DNA of 64,000 nucleotides from Dehalococcoidia bacterium. Its GTDB lineage: Bacteria; Chloroflexota; Dehalococcoidia; Lucifugimonadales; GCA-2712585. This document shows, in pieces, positions 42,927 through 50,960 of this stretch. The position numbers were made by a program, and so were the translations under genes. The number at the start of each line of letters is the position of its first letter. Within the stretch, counting starts at the first letter, position 1. Location: positions 321,926-385,925 of the forward strand of contig OZ253467.1 of NCBI GenBank assembly GCA_965261665.1, given 5' to 3'. The notes under the pieces were generated by a model. It made no database searches. It was given only the letters and a program-made list of their open reading frames with translations, and was not told the DNA's origin.

Positions 42927-44510
42927 TCAAGCTTTGGGGGTGTATTTGTGGCCTAGTTCTTCTTCCCAGCGGAGGTAGTGGATGGTGTCGGCGTAGGAGC
43001 GATGGGGGCCCATGACTACCACGTCGTTGGGCGGGGTCATAACGCCGGCGAGACCATTTTCCACCTCTAAGCCTTGGCTGCGCCAGGCGTTCATGCCTCC
43101 CTCCAGCACGGTTATGTCGGAGTAACCCATGCCGGCGAGGGTAGCGCCAGCAAGAATGGAGTCAATGCCGTTGGCGCAGGTGACGAGGATGGGATCGTCT
43201 TTGCAAGGGGCCACGTCGTCGATGGTCGACTCCAGCCAGCCCCGGGGAGTCCACCGAGCGCCGGGAACGTGTCCGTCGGCGAATTCCACGCTGGCACCGA
43301 CGAAGATTTTCTTAGTAGGGGACATGGCTGCCACTGCCTGGGTAGAGACCGTCCTAATCTTCGAAGTGGATTCCTGAAGGGCGAAGGGGAGGGGACTCGG
43401 CATACCTTCCTCCAACTCCCAATCCTGGGCGGCCCACCGGGTTACACCGCTGCGGAGGGCGTAGACGTTGGGAAAGCCCATCTGCCGGAACCAGGAAGCG
43501 ACGAGGGTAGAGCGCACCCTACCGTCGCAGGCGAATATAATGAGGCCGTTACGCACGGGGGCCACGTCGTCGGCCCGCTGGACCGCCTGACCGCCGGGGA
43601 ACCATCGGAAGCCTGGGATGTGTCCGCCGCGATATTCCTCTTCCCGACGGACGTCCACCAGGTAGACTGTTTCCTGCTGAGTCCTGGCCATGACTGACTT
43701 CAGTTCAGGGAAGTCCATGAACCGGACGCCGTCTTCTTCGGCTGCTCTTTCGGCGTAGTCCGCGGCGAGAGCCTCGCCCTCGGCAGAGACCGGCGGCAGG
43801 GATAGACTGTCCGCACCCGTCTCCAGCTCGAGGCCCGACAGGACCCAACCGGCGGTGCCGTTCTTGAGGCCTAAGACGCGGGGGACGCCCATGCGCTGGA
43901 GGGCGCGCGTACCGATGATGCTGCGGGTGCGACCGGCGCAGTTGAGGATGACGGTGGAGTCCGGCCCATGTTCGTTCAGGATGTCGGTAACGTGGAGGGC
44001 AAGCTCCCCGTTAGGCACGCTGCGTCCGCCGGGGATGGAGAAGTTGCGGAACTCCTCCGGTGTGCGGGTGTCCATAATCACCAGCTTTTCCCCGGAGTCG
44101 ATACGACGCTTCAACTCTATGGAGTCAATCTCCGGCACCCGGTGTTCCACCTCCACCCGCTCGCCGAAATCTTTGCTGAGGACGTTGGTGCCCCACTCGG
44201 TGGGGAAGTCCAACGAAGTCCAACGATTGATGCCGCCTTCCAGAACCGAAACGCGGCTGTAGCCCATGCGCTCGGCGGTTACGGCGGAGAGGGACGCCTG
44301 TCGTCCGGCGTCGTCGCACAGGACCAGGGGCGCACCTCGGAAGGGCACGAGGGCGGACAGGTCGTACTCGATGCGGCGCCGAGGAAGCAGACTAGCGCCG
44401 GGTATATGGGAGCTGTTGTAGCTGCCCGCATCCCTAACATCGAGCAGGGCGAATTCCTTCTGGGACGTAAGAAGGGCACGCAGTTCGTGGGAGGTGGTGT
44501 AGGACGTCAT
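42927..44510 (-). CDS. Four-domain rhodanese-like sulfurtransferase
   Basis: Four rhodanese repeats with loops VLCDDAGRQAS, LNCAGRTRS, FACDGRVRS and VTCANGIDS. The ATG at 44510 has AGGAG upstream. Confidence 0.85.
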   Translation of the reverse strand: MTSYTTSHELRALLTSQKEFALLDVRDAGSYNSSHIPGASLLPRRRIEYDLSALVPFRGAPLVLCDDAGRQASLSAVTAERMGYSRVSVLEGGINRWTSLDFPTEWGTNVLSKDFGERVEVEHRVPEIDSIELKRRIDSGEKLVIMDTRTPEEFRNFSIPGGRSVPNGELALHVTDILNEHGPDSTVILNCAGRTRSIIGTRALQRMGVPRVLGLKNGTAGWVLSGLELETGADSLSLPPVSAEGEALAADYAERAAEEDGVRFMDFPELKSVMARTQQETVYLVDVRREEEYRGGHIPGFRWFPGGQAVQRADDVAPVRNGLIIFACDGRVRSTLVASWFRQMGFPNVYALRSGVTRWAAQDWELEEGMPSPLPFALQESTSKIRTVSTQAVAAMSPTKKIFVGASVEFADGHVPGARWTPRGWLESTIDDVAPCKDDPILVTCANGIDSILAGATLAGMGYSDITVLEGGMNAWRSQGLEVENGLAGVMTPPNDVVVMGPHRSYADTIHYLRWEEELGHKYTPKA

Positions 44511-44556
44511 GGTTTCTCCTGCTATGAGGTTCGTTGGGGAGACGAGGGCTGCCATT

Positions 44557-45141
44557 CTACTCGTTGTCGGCCTGGCCGGAAACGTAGGAATAGACCCGGC
44601 CGGTGGCCAGGTCGAACCGGCAGCGCTCGAGGCCCTGCAGGGAGCTTCCGTAGACGTGTATCTCCACCGTGGGCCTGTCAGACTCGTTGTCTATCTGGTG
44701 TATCTCGTCCACGTCGGGAATCAGGAGCGACACCTCGCCGGACTTGGAGAGGTCCACGCGGTCTTTCTCCAGGACGGCGTATTCAGTGTCGGTCCGGTCA
44801 TCCAGGCGGCGGAAGCGGGTTTCGGCCAGCACGTTTTCCATGACGCCGATCATGCCCCAGGTGTGATGGTCGTGGGGGCCGATGTGGTCGCCGGGGCCCC
44901 AGATTATGGAGGAGATTGCGAGGCCGTTTTCTCCCTGGTGGAGCTTGTAGCTGCCGTGGCTGGCGCGAGGGCCTTTGCCGAGGGGACGGCGGTATTCCTC
45001 CGGTATGGCCTCGGGGTTGCGAATGAGCCGTTCCAGGTAGGCGGAGCCTTCGTCGAAGATGCGCTGCTGATCGGCCCCCTTGTCCAACAGAGAGTCCATG
45101 TCATGAATGAATTCTTCGAGGGTATATTTGACGGTGGGCAT
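44557..45141 (-). CDS. Cupin-fold cysteine dioxygenase-like (COG5553-type) protein
   Basis: IWGPGDHIGPHDHHTWGMIGV, and later EIHQI..EIHVYG. GGAGG upstream of the ATG at 45141. Confidence 0.65.
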   Translation of the reverse strand: MPTVKYTLEEFIHDMDSLLDKGADQQRIFDEGSAYLERLIRNPEAIPEEYRRPLGKGPRASHGSYKLHQGENGLAISSIIWGPGDHIGPHDHHTWGMIGVMENVLAETRFRRLDDRTDTEYAVLEKDRVDLSKSGEVSLLIPDVDEIHQIDNESDRPTVEIHVYGSSLQGLERCRFDLATGRVYSYVSGQADNE

Positions 45142-45227
45142 GGGACACCTCCGGGGACGTAGGGTGTTTGCTGATGTTAACACGGGGTTGGTTGGGCAAC
45201 AAGTTGGGGGGCACCTTTGTCACAACG

Positions 45228-46061
45228 TCACCAATTCTTCAATATGTGGTTAGCGATGTCGACTGCAATAGGCGCCCCCTTCGGATTGCCTGCCGCAAAG
45301 AACAGCTCAAATAGTGGGACGTTCGTAGAGTTTCTAAGCGTTCGTGAGGTTGGGGCAACTCTATCGAATACGGTGATCAAACGCTCCTTGTATCTACGAG
45401 CAATCTGCTCGCTACTCCAGACTCGCTCACGTCTAGGCTCAACGCTTAAGAAGGACAATTGAGGAGAATCCTGGTAACCTTCCAACCAGTAATTTCCCCC
45501 AAATATACGATCCAACGACGCTGCTTTCCCTTTTGCTGGTTCTCTAGATCTGGGCATATTTCGGAAGACTCCCATGAGGGGGAACAGGATCCAGCAGTCG
45601 ATCTTCTTGGTTTTCGCAATGACCTCAACAGTTTGCCACGAGACTTCAGTTGCAAACGGATCCAGGAATACAACCGCGCGGTCAAATGGCTGCATGGCCC
45701 TACAGAATTTTGGAATCTCATCGTTTGCATCGCCATGAAGAACTTTGATATTTCGTCCTCGGTACGAGTTCGACAAAGTCATCAATTCGTCGGCTGCTCC
45801 TGCGTCCTCTTCTATGAAGACCAGCTTATCGAAGGGCTTCTCATCAATGCCCAAAGCGATCATAGGGGATCCGCGGTGGAACTCGTGAAACTCGGCATAC
45901 TCGTCCACAAATTCAGCATATGACCCAGGCCCAGCGAAGGCATCGACGTAAATCAACGTAAACCGTTGGTTTTTCAGCGCCGTTGTATAGGCATCAAGAT
46001 ATGCGCGGAGAATTGCCAGTTTCTGTTCGGTCCATGGGCCGCCGAAACGGGGAGTGGACAT
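45228..46061 (-). CDS. Three-Cys-motif partner protein TcmP (TIGR04474-like)
   Basis: FGGPWTEQKLAILRAYLDAYTTAL..LIYVDAFAGPGSY. Directly downstream of a Gp37/Gp68-family gene with a 1-nt gap. Confidence 0.65.
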   Translation of the reverse strand: MSTPRFGGPWTEQKLAILRAYLDAYTTALKNQRFTLIYVDAFAGPGSYAEFVDEYAEFHEFHRGSPMIALGIDEKPFDKLVFIEEDAGAADELMTLSNSYRGRNIKVLHGDANDEIPKFCRAMQPFDRAVVFLDPFATEVSWQTVEVIAKTKKIDCWILFPLMGVFRNMPRSREPAKGKAASLDRIFGGNYWLEGYQDSPQLSFLSVEPRRERVWSSEQIARRYKERLITVFDRVAPTSRTLRNSTNVPLFELFFAAGNPKGAPIAVDIANHILKNW

Positions 46062-46062
46062 T

Positions 46063-46821
46063 TCAGCTCATTACACCCGCGGGCATTTGGGCCCAGGTTT
46101 GGCCGTCTATGACGGCTTGGTTGCCTGACCGCTTTCCTCGTTTGCCGCCTAGCTGCTTCAGGAAGAACGCTACGTCAGCCTGTAAGGACTGGTCACGCAA
46201 GGCCCTCGCCCAGTCTAAGTTCATGGGGCGGGCGGAGCGGCCGCTTTCTCCGCCGGCGATGACCCATTGGAGGTCTCCTCTGTCCAGCCACGGGCTGAGG
46301 TCCACGGCTTCAAGGAGGGGTTCGGCGGAGACGAAACGGACCGGCGCGGGTAGGCGAGCGAGCACCGTGATTCGCGGGGCGTACTTCTGGCTTTCCACCG
46401 ACGTGCCTATCCACACTCCCTCCGGCCATACGTCACCGTAACGAGCCTGATTTCGGTTCCACCAAGCGACAGCTCTTCCCGGACGCTTGGTGAGGACCTG
46501 GAATACGTGTCCTCGCTTGACCGAAGCGGCTTCCATAACGTCGAAGATTTTGGTGACAAACTCAAAGGGTACGTGGGGATGGAAGACGTCCGACATGCTG
46601 TTGACGAAGACCCGACGAGGCTTACCCCAACGTAGAGGGGCATCCAACCGCTCAGGGAGAAGCCGAACTTCGTCCGGGGCGCTTTCGTAGCCGGGAACGC
46701 CCATTGCCCGCAGACGGGGGTAGAGCGCGTACATGTAACAGTTGTCGCAGCCGGGGGATACGCGCGTGCAGCCTGTGACGGGGTTCCAGGTTTCGTCCGT
46801 CCACTCGATGGTTGATGCCAT
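46063..46821 (-). CDS. Phage Gp37/Gp68 family (DUF5131) protein with three-Cys motif
   Basis: IEWTDETWNPVTGCTRVSPGCDNCYMY at the N-terminus and WVIAGGESG near the C-terminus. Confidence 0.8.
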   Translation of the reverse strand: MASTIEWTDETWNPVTGCTRVSPGCDNCYMYALYPRLRAMGVPGYESAPDEVRLLPERLDAPLRWGKPRRVFVNSMSDVFHPHVPFEFVTKIFDVMEAASVKRGHVFQVLTKRPGRAVAWWNRNQARYGDVWPEGVWIGTSVESQKYAPRITVLARLPAPVRFVSAEPLLEAVDLSPWLDRGDLQWVIAGGESGRSARPMNLDWARALRDQSLQADVAFFLKQLGGKRGKRSGNQAVIDGQTWAQMPAGVMS

Positions 46822-46991
46822 AACGACCTCCTATTAGGCACTTATGTTTGCATTGCAGAGCTGCCCTGTCAATGCCTGAGTTTGCGTGTTAGGGCAGATT
46901 TGGCATAGGGACGACGCAAGTCTCGTGGAACTGGCAAGGGCATCTAGGACTTGCCAGGATGACAGCGTGCGGGGAAGGCCGAAGGGAGGGG

Positions 46992-48677
46992 TTAGAATTG
47001 GCGGTAGGCGTTTACTATGGGGAGGCGGCGGTCTTTGCCGAAGGCCTTTGCGGTTATCTTTACGCCCGGCGGGGACTGACGTCGCTTGTACTCGTTCCGG
47101 TCCACGGCGGCCATCACCTGCCGCACCGTGGCGGGATCGTAGCCCAGGGACGCTATCTCCAGGTAGCTTTTGTCCTCCTCCACGTAGGCCTGCAGGACGC
47201 CGTCCAGGATGTCGTAGGGGGGCAGCGAATCTTCGTCCTTCTGGTCGGGTCTCAGCTCCGCGCTGGGCGGTTTGTCGATAATTTCCTGGGGAATCACGTT
47301 CTTGGGCGTTCCGTTCTTGTTGCGCCACCTACACAGTTGGTATACCAGCGTCTTGGGCACGTCCTTCAGGACAGCGAAGCCTCCCGCCATATCGCCGTAG
47401 AGGGTGGCGTAGCCCATGGCCATTTCGCTCTTGTTGCCCGTGATGAGCACCAGCCAGCCGAACTTGTTGGAAAGGGCCATGAGCGTGTTGCCCCGCAGTC
47501 TCGCTTGAAGGTTCTCCTCGGCGACGCCCGACTCGGTACCCTGGAACGACCCTGACAGCATATTCAGCATTGCCTGATGCCCCTCCTCGATGGGGATGGT
47601 CAGCATCTCCAATCCCAGGTTATCTGCAAGGGCCGCCGCGTCCAAGAGGCTGCCCTCGCTGGAGAAGCGGGAGGGCATGGCCACCACCTTGACGTTTTCC
47701 GGACCGAGGGCGTCGGCCCCTACACAAGCGGTGAGGGCGGAGTCGATGCCGCCGGAGAGTCCTACCAGGGCCTTGGAGAAGCCGTTTTTCCTGAGGTAGT
47801 CGCGGGTGCCGAGCACCAGGGCGCCGTAGATTTCGGCGGGGCCTTCCAGCAAGGGCACAGCGTCCGGTCGCTCTAGCTGGGAGCGTTCGTTGACGTTGAC
47901 GTCGGACACGGGGATCGCGCTGGGCGAGGGAGATCGATCGTCGGCGAGATGCAGGTCGATCACAAGCAGGTCTTCCTCGAACTCCCTGGCACGGGCGACG
48001 AGTCCGCCTGAAGGGTCGAAGACCACGCTTGCGCCATCAAAGACCAGTTCATCCTGTCCACCCACGGCGTTTACATAGGCGACGTATACGGCGTTGTCGC
48101 GGGCGCTGCTTCGCACGATTGACTCCCGTATTCTCTGTTTGTCCAGGTGGTAGGGAGAGGCGCTTACGTTGACGATAACCTCCGCGCCGGCGCGACGCTG
48201 GCACGACGCGGGGCCGTCGGCGAACCAGATGTCTTCGCAGATGTTCACCCCCACGTTGACGCCGCCGATGGCGTAGACGGGGAAGACACGGCCGGACTGG
48301 AAGTAGCGGTCTTCGTCAAAGACGCCGTAAGTGGGCAGGTGATGCTTCCGATACACGTCCACCAGCCGCCCATCGTGTGCAATGGCAGCGGCGTTGTAGA
48401 TCCGTCCATCTTCAACGTGGGCGTACCCCACCACCGCCGTCAAGCCCTGGGATCCGGCAACCGCCTGGTGCATGGCTTTCACGTTGTCGCGAAGGAAAGC
48501 GGAGCGGAAGAGCAGGTCTTCGGCGGGGTAGCCAGTGATGGCCATTTCTGGGAAGGCGACAACGTCGGCGCCGGCATCGCGAGCGCGGGCCATAAACTGG
48601 AGGATCCGTTCAACATTGCCCGTGAGATCTCCAACCACGGAATTCATCTGAGCCAGGGCGACTCTAAGGGTGCGCAT
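46992..48677 (-). CDS. nadE: Glutamine-dependent NAD+ synthetase
   Basis: N-terminal nitrilase domain (LRVALAQMN, FPEMAITGY, CEDIW) plus a synthetase domain (GLSGGIDSA). Confidence 0.92.
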   Translation of the reverse strand: MRTLRVALAQMNSVVGDLTGNVERILQFMARARDAGADVVAFPEMAITGYPAEDLLFRSAFLRDNVKAMHQAVAGSQGLTAVVGYAHVEDGRIYNAAAIAHDGRLVDVYRKHHLPTYGVFDEDRYFQSGRVFPVYAIGGVNVGVNICEDIWFADGPASCQRRAGAEVIVNVSASPYHLDKQRIRESIVRSSARDNAVYVAYVNAVGGQDELVFDGASVVFDPSGGLVARAREFEEDLLVIDLHLADDRSPSPSAIPVSDVNVNERSQLERPDAVPLLEGPAEIYGALVLGTRDYLRKNGFSKALVGLSGGIDSALTACVGADALGPENVKVVAMPSRFSSEGSLLDAAALADNLGLEMLTIPIEEGHQAMLNMLSGSFQGTESGVAEENLQARLRGNTLMALSNKFGWLVLITGNKSEMAMGYATLYGDMAGGFAVLKDVPKTLVYQLCRWRNKNGTPKNVIPQEIIDKPPSAELRPDQKDEDSLPPYDILDGVLQAYVEEDKSYLEIASLGYDPATVRQVMAAVDRNEYKRRQSPPGVKITAKAFGKDRRLPIVNAYRQF

Positions 48678-48904
48678 TTTTCTCCAACCGGTTAGTTTTG
48701 ATACTTAGTATAGCATTGGACGATGGGGTGGTGCATTGGACATGGGGGACGAAGATTCGCTTTTGAATAACAAATGCGATTCGAATGGGTGAATTCAGGC
48801 GTGGAGAGGATTCGATTTGATAATCGAATAGAAACGATTTTGTGCTTGAAAATAATTGCACTAGGCGTGGATTCGATTCGTTTGAAAAAAGTCGGGCAAA
48901 CGAA

Positions 48905-49200
48905 TGCCGGGAGGGGAGGGATGGGTTCTCGCCACCGTCTTCACAGGGGCAGGCCCTGCGAGGGAATGAGGGATGGGAATGGCATGACATAGAGGGTCTG
49001 AACCCGGCAACGAGATTCCTCGACTCCGCTGCGCTTCGCTCGGAATGACATGTTGGGGGGAGGGCGCTGTGCTCGGAATGACATGTGGGGCGGAGGGGAG
49101 ATGGGTCCCCGCCTCCCGTCTTCACGGGGGCAGGATCTCGACGCAAGGACAAGGGAGGGGAAAGGGAGTTTTTCATGGGGGGAATGGTAGCAAGGGAGGG
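48905..49200. repeat. Patch of dispersed modular repeats
   Basis: AGATTCCTCGACTCCGCTGCGCTTCGCTCGGAATGACA, a second ..GCTCGGAATGACA, and ATGGGTCCCCGCCTCCCGTCTTCACGGGGGCAGG. Confidence 0.6.
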
Positions 49201-49397
49201 GGAATTTCGGCAATGAGGGAATGTCAGTAGGAGCGGGTCCGTAGTTGTTGATTACAGTGGTCAGGGGGATTAAACGGGGCCCAAGAACGGCGTAATTCTT
49301 CACTGGGCTAAGAAGGGCGCAGAGTGGGCGGCGTTGCTTGGATAGGATGGCTCATGCTATGCTTGGCTCCAAGCATTTCGGCGTTGAGGAGACTCCC

Positions 49398-49592
49398 ATG
49401 AAACTGCCCGGCCCGATGGAACTGGTAATTATTCTAGGCATCGTGCTGCTCATCTTTGGTGCAGGACGACTGCCGGAAATCGGCTCTGCTCTGGGCAAGG
49501 GCATTTCGGCTTTCAAGCGGGGCGTCACCAGCGAAAACAAGCCTGAAGAGGAGCCGGTGGAGGCTTCCGAAAAGACGGAATTGCCCAAGTAG
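49398..49592 (+). CDS. tatA: Twin-arginine translocase subunit TatA/E
   Basis: [48 protein letters not shown] upstream of the ATG. Confidence 0.85.
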   Translation: MKLPGPMELVIILGIVLLIFGAGRLPEIGSALGKGISAFKRGVTSENKPEEEPVEASEKTELPK

Positions 49593-49595
49593 TTC

Positions 49596-49990
49596 GTCCA
49601 AAACGGGCGGTTCGCGAACCGCCCCTACCAAATTATTGGCGTCCCTAGCGTTGCTGTTGACCTGCATCTGGAGTCGCCCAAGTAAAGGAACCATGTTGAG
49701 GCTTTCCGTTTAGGCCCCTCGAATCGGGGGGCTTTTTGGTGTGTGGCAGACTGCGTTCATCCAACGTCGGCGGGCGGTTCGGGGTCGCTCCTTACCAAGG
49801 GAGAATGTTATCGGGCACGGGGTTCACCCCCATCCCCCGTCTTCACAAGGGCAAGCTCTAACCTTCCCCCATGATGGGGGAAGGGGTTCGTAGGCGTGGA
49901 ACGGGCTGTTTTCATAGGAATGACACTTGGGGGGAGAGGACGGGCGACCACAAGGGTCGCCCCTACGTGGGAAAGACTATTGACAGGCGG
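49596..49990. repeat. Patch of dispersed modular repeats between convergent tatA and tatC
   Basis: The palindrome GGGCGGTTCGCGAACCGCCC (49605-49624) lies 13 nt after the tatA stop. Also present are a CACCCCCATCCCCCGTCTTCAC..CCTTCCCCCATGATGGGGGAAGG module and GGGCGACCACAAGGGTCGCCCCTAC. Confidence 0.65.
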
Positions 49991-50016
49991 CATTGATGCT
50001 AGGGGCCAGGCAACCG

Positions 50017-50751
50017 CTAGGATTCGGGGGAGTTGGCGTTCTTGCGGCGGGCGAGCTTGGAGAGCCAGATTCCGGCTTCGTACAAGACTATGAGGGGGAT
50101 TGCCACGAGGGACTGGTTGATGGGGTCGAAGGTGGGCGTGATGAGGGCTCCAAGGACGAAGGCCACGACTACCCAGTGCCGCCGCCACCGGGCGAACCCC
50201 GCGGAGGACACCACACCGAACCTGGCCAGTATGAACATTATCACCGGGGTCTCGAAGACCACGCCCATCCAGAACAGAAGCATTGTAATCAGGTTGATGT
50301 AGCTGCTCACGCGAATGGTGGGCTCGGCGATTTCCCCGCCAAAGTTGACCAGGAAGTTGATGGCGGGCGGGATGAGGACAAGGTAGCCGAAGGCGACGCC
50401 GCCCGCGAAGGCCAGCAGCACCGCGGGCAGGAAGGCGAATAGATAGCGCTTCTCACGGGGGGTCAGACCGGGGGCCACGAAGAGCATAATCTGGGCCAGC
50501 ACTACCGGCAGGGCCAGAACCAGCCCCGTCACAATGGAGACCTTCATGGCCACGCCGAACATCTCCGTAACGTCGATGAACACCAGGCGTCCCGGGATAT
50601 CGGTTAGGGAATCGGCGGGCTGCAGCAGGAACCGGATTATCCACGGGTGGAAGATGAAGGCGACAATGGTGGTGGCCACCACCGCAAGGGCCGCAATCAG
50701 CAGCCTTTTTCGGAGCTCCACCAGGTGGCTTTGAAATGGGGCTTGACTCAC
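50017..50751 (-). CDS. tatC: Twin-arginine translocase subunit TatC
   Basis: HLVELRKRL.., 6-TM pattern, FETPVIMFILARFGVV. Confidence 0.92.
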   Translation of the reverse strand: MSQAPFQSHLVELRKRLLIAALAVVATTIVAFIFHPWIIRFLLQPADSLTDIPGRLVFIDVTEMFGVAMKVSIVTGLVLALPVVLAQIMLFVAPGLTPREKRYLFAFLPAVLLAFAGGVAFGYLVLIPPAINFLVNFGGEIAEPTIRVSSYINLITMLLFWMGVVFETPVIMFILARFGVVSSAGFARWRRHWVVVAFVLGALITPTFDPINQSLVAIPLIVLYEAGIWLSKLARRKNANSPES

Positions 50752-50960
50752 CGTTGATTCTTCGATTTCGGGGGCTGTCCCTTGCCGACTTCGTCATCCT
50801 CATCCATCAGGTGGGAGAACTGGGTGGTGGCGTTTCGCAGTTCCCGAATCATCCGTCCCAGGCCCTTGGCCACGCTGGTGAGCTGACGCGGCCCGAGGAT
50901 GATGAAGGCCAGGAACACTACGACAAGAAGTTCCATGCCGCCGATGCCAAAGAAGTTCAT
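50748..50960 (-). CDS. TatA/TatB-family translocase subunit
   Basis: MNFFGIGGMELLVVVFLAFIILGPRQL. Its coding region overlaps tatC by 4 nt. Confidence 0.8.
   Translation of the reverse strand: MNFFGIGGMELLVVVFLAFIILGPRQLTSVAKGLGRMIRELRNATTQFSHLMDEDDEVGKGQPPKSKNQR

Noticed and set aside
43968-45162. Plus-strand ORFs of 291 aa and 217 aa.
   Set aside because: They are antisense shadows of the rhodanese and cupin genes.
46834-47555. ORFs 46834..47328 (-) and 46959..47555 (+) at the nadE 3' end.
   Set aside because: They overlap the well-supported nadE frame and are compositionally biased, with no motifs.
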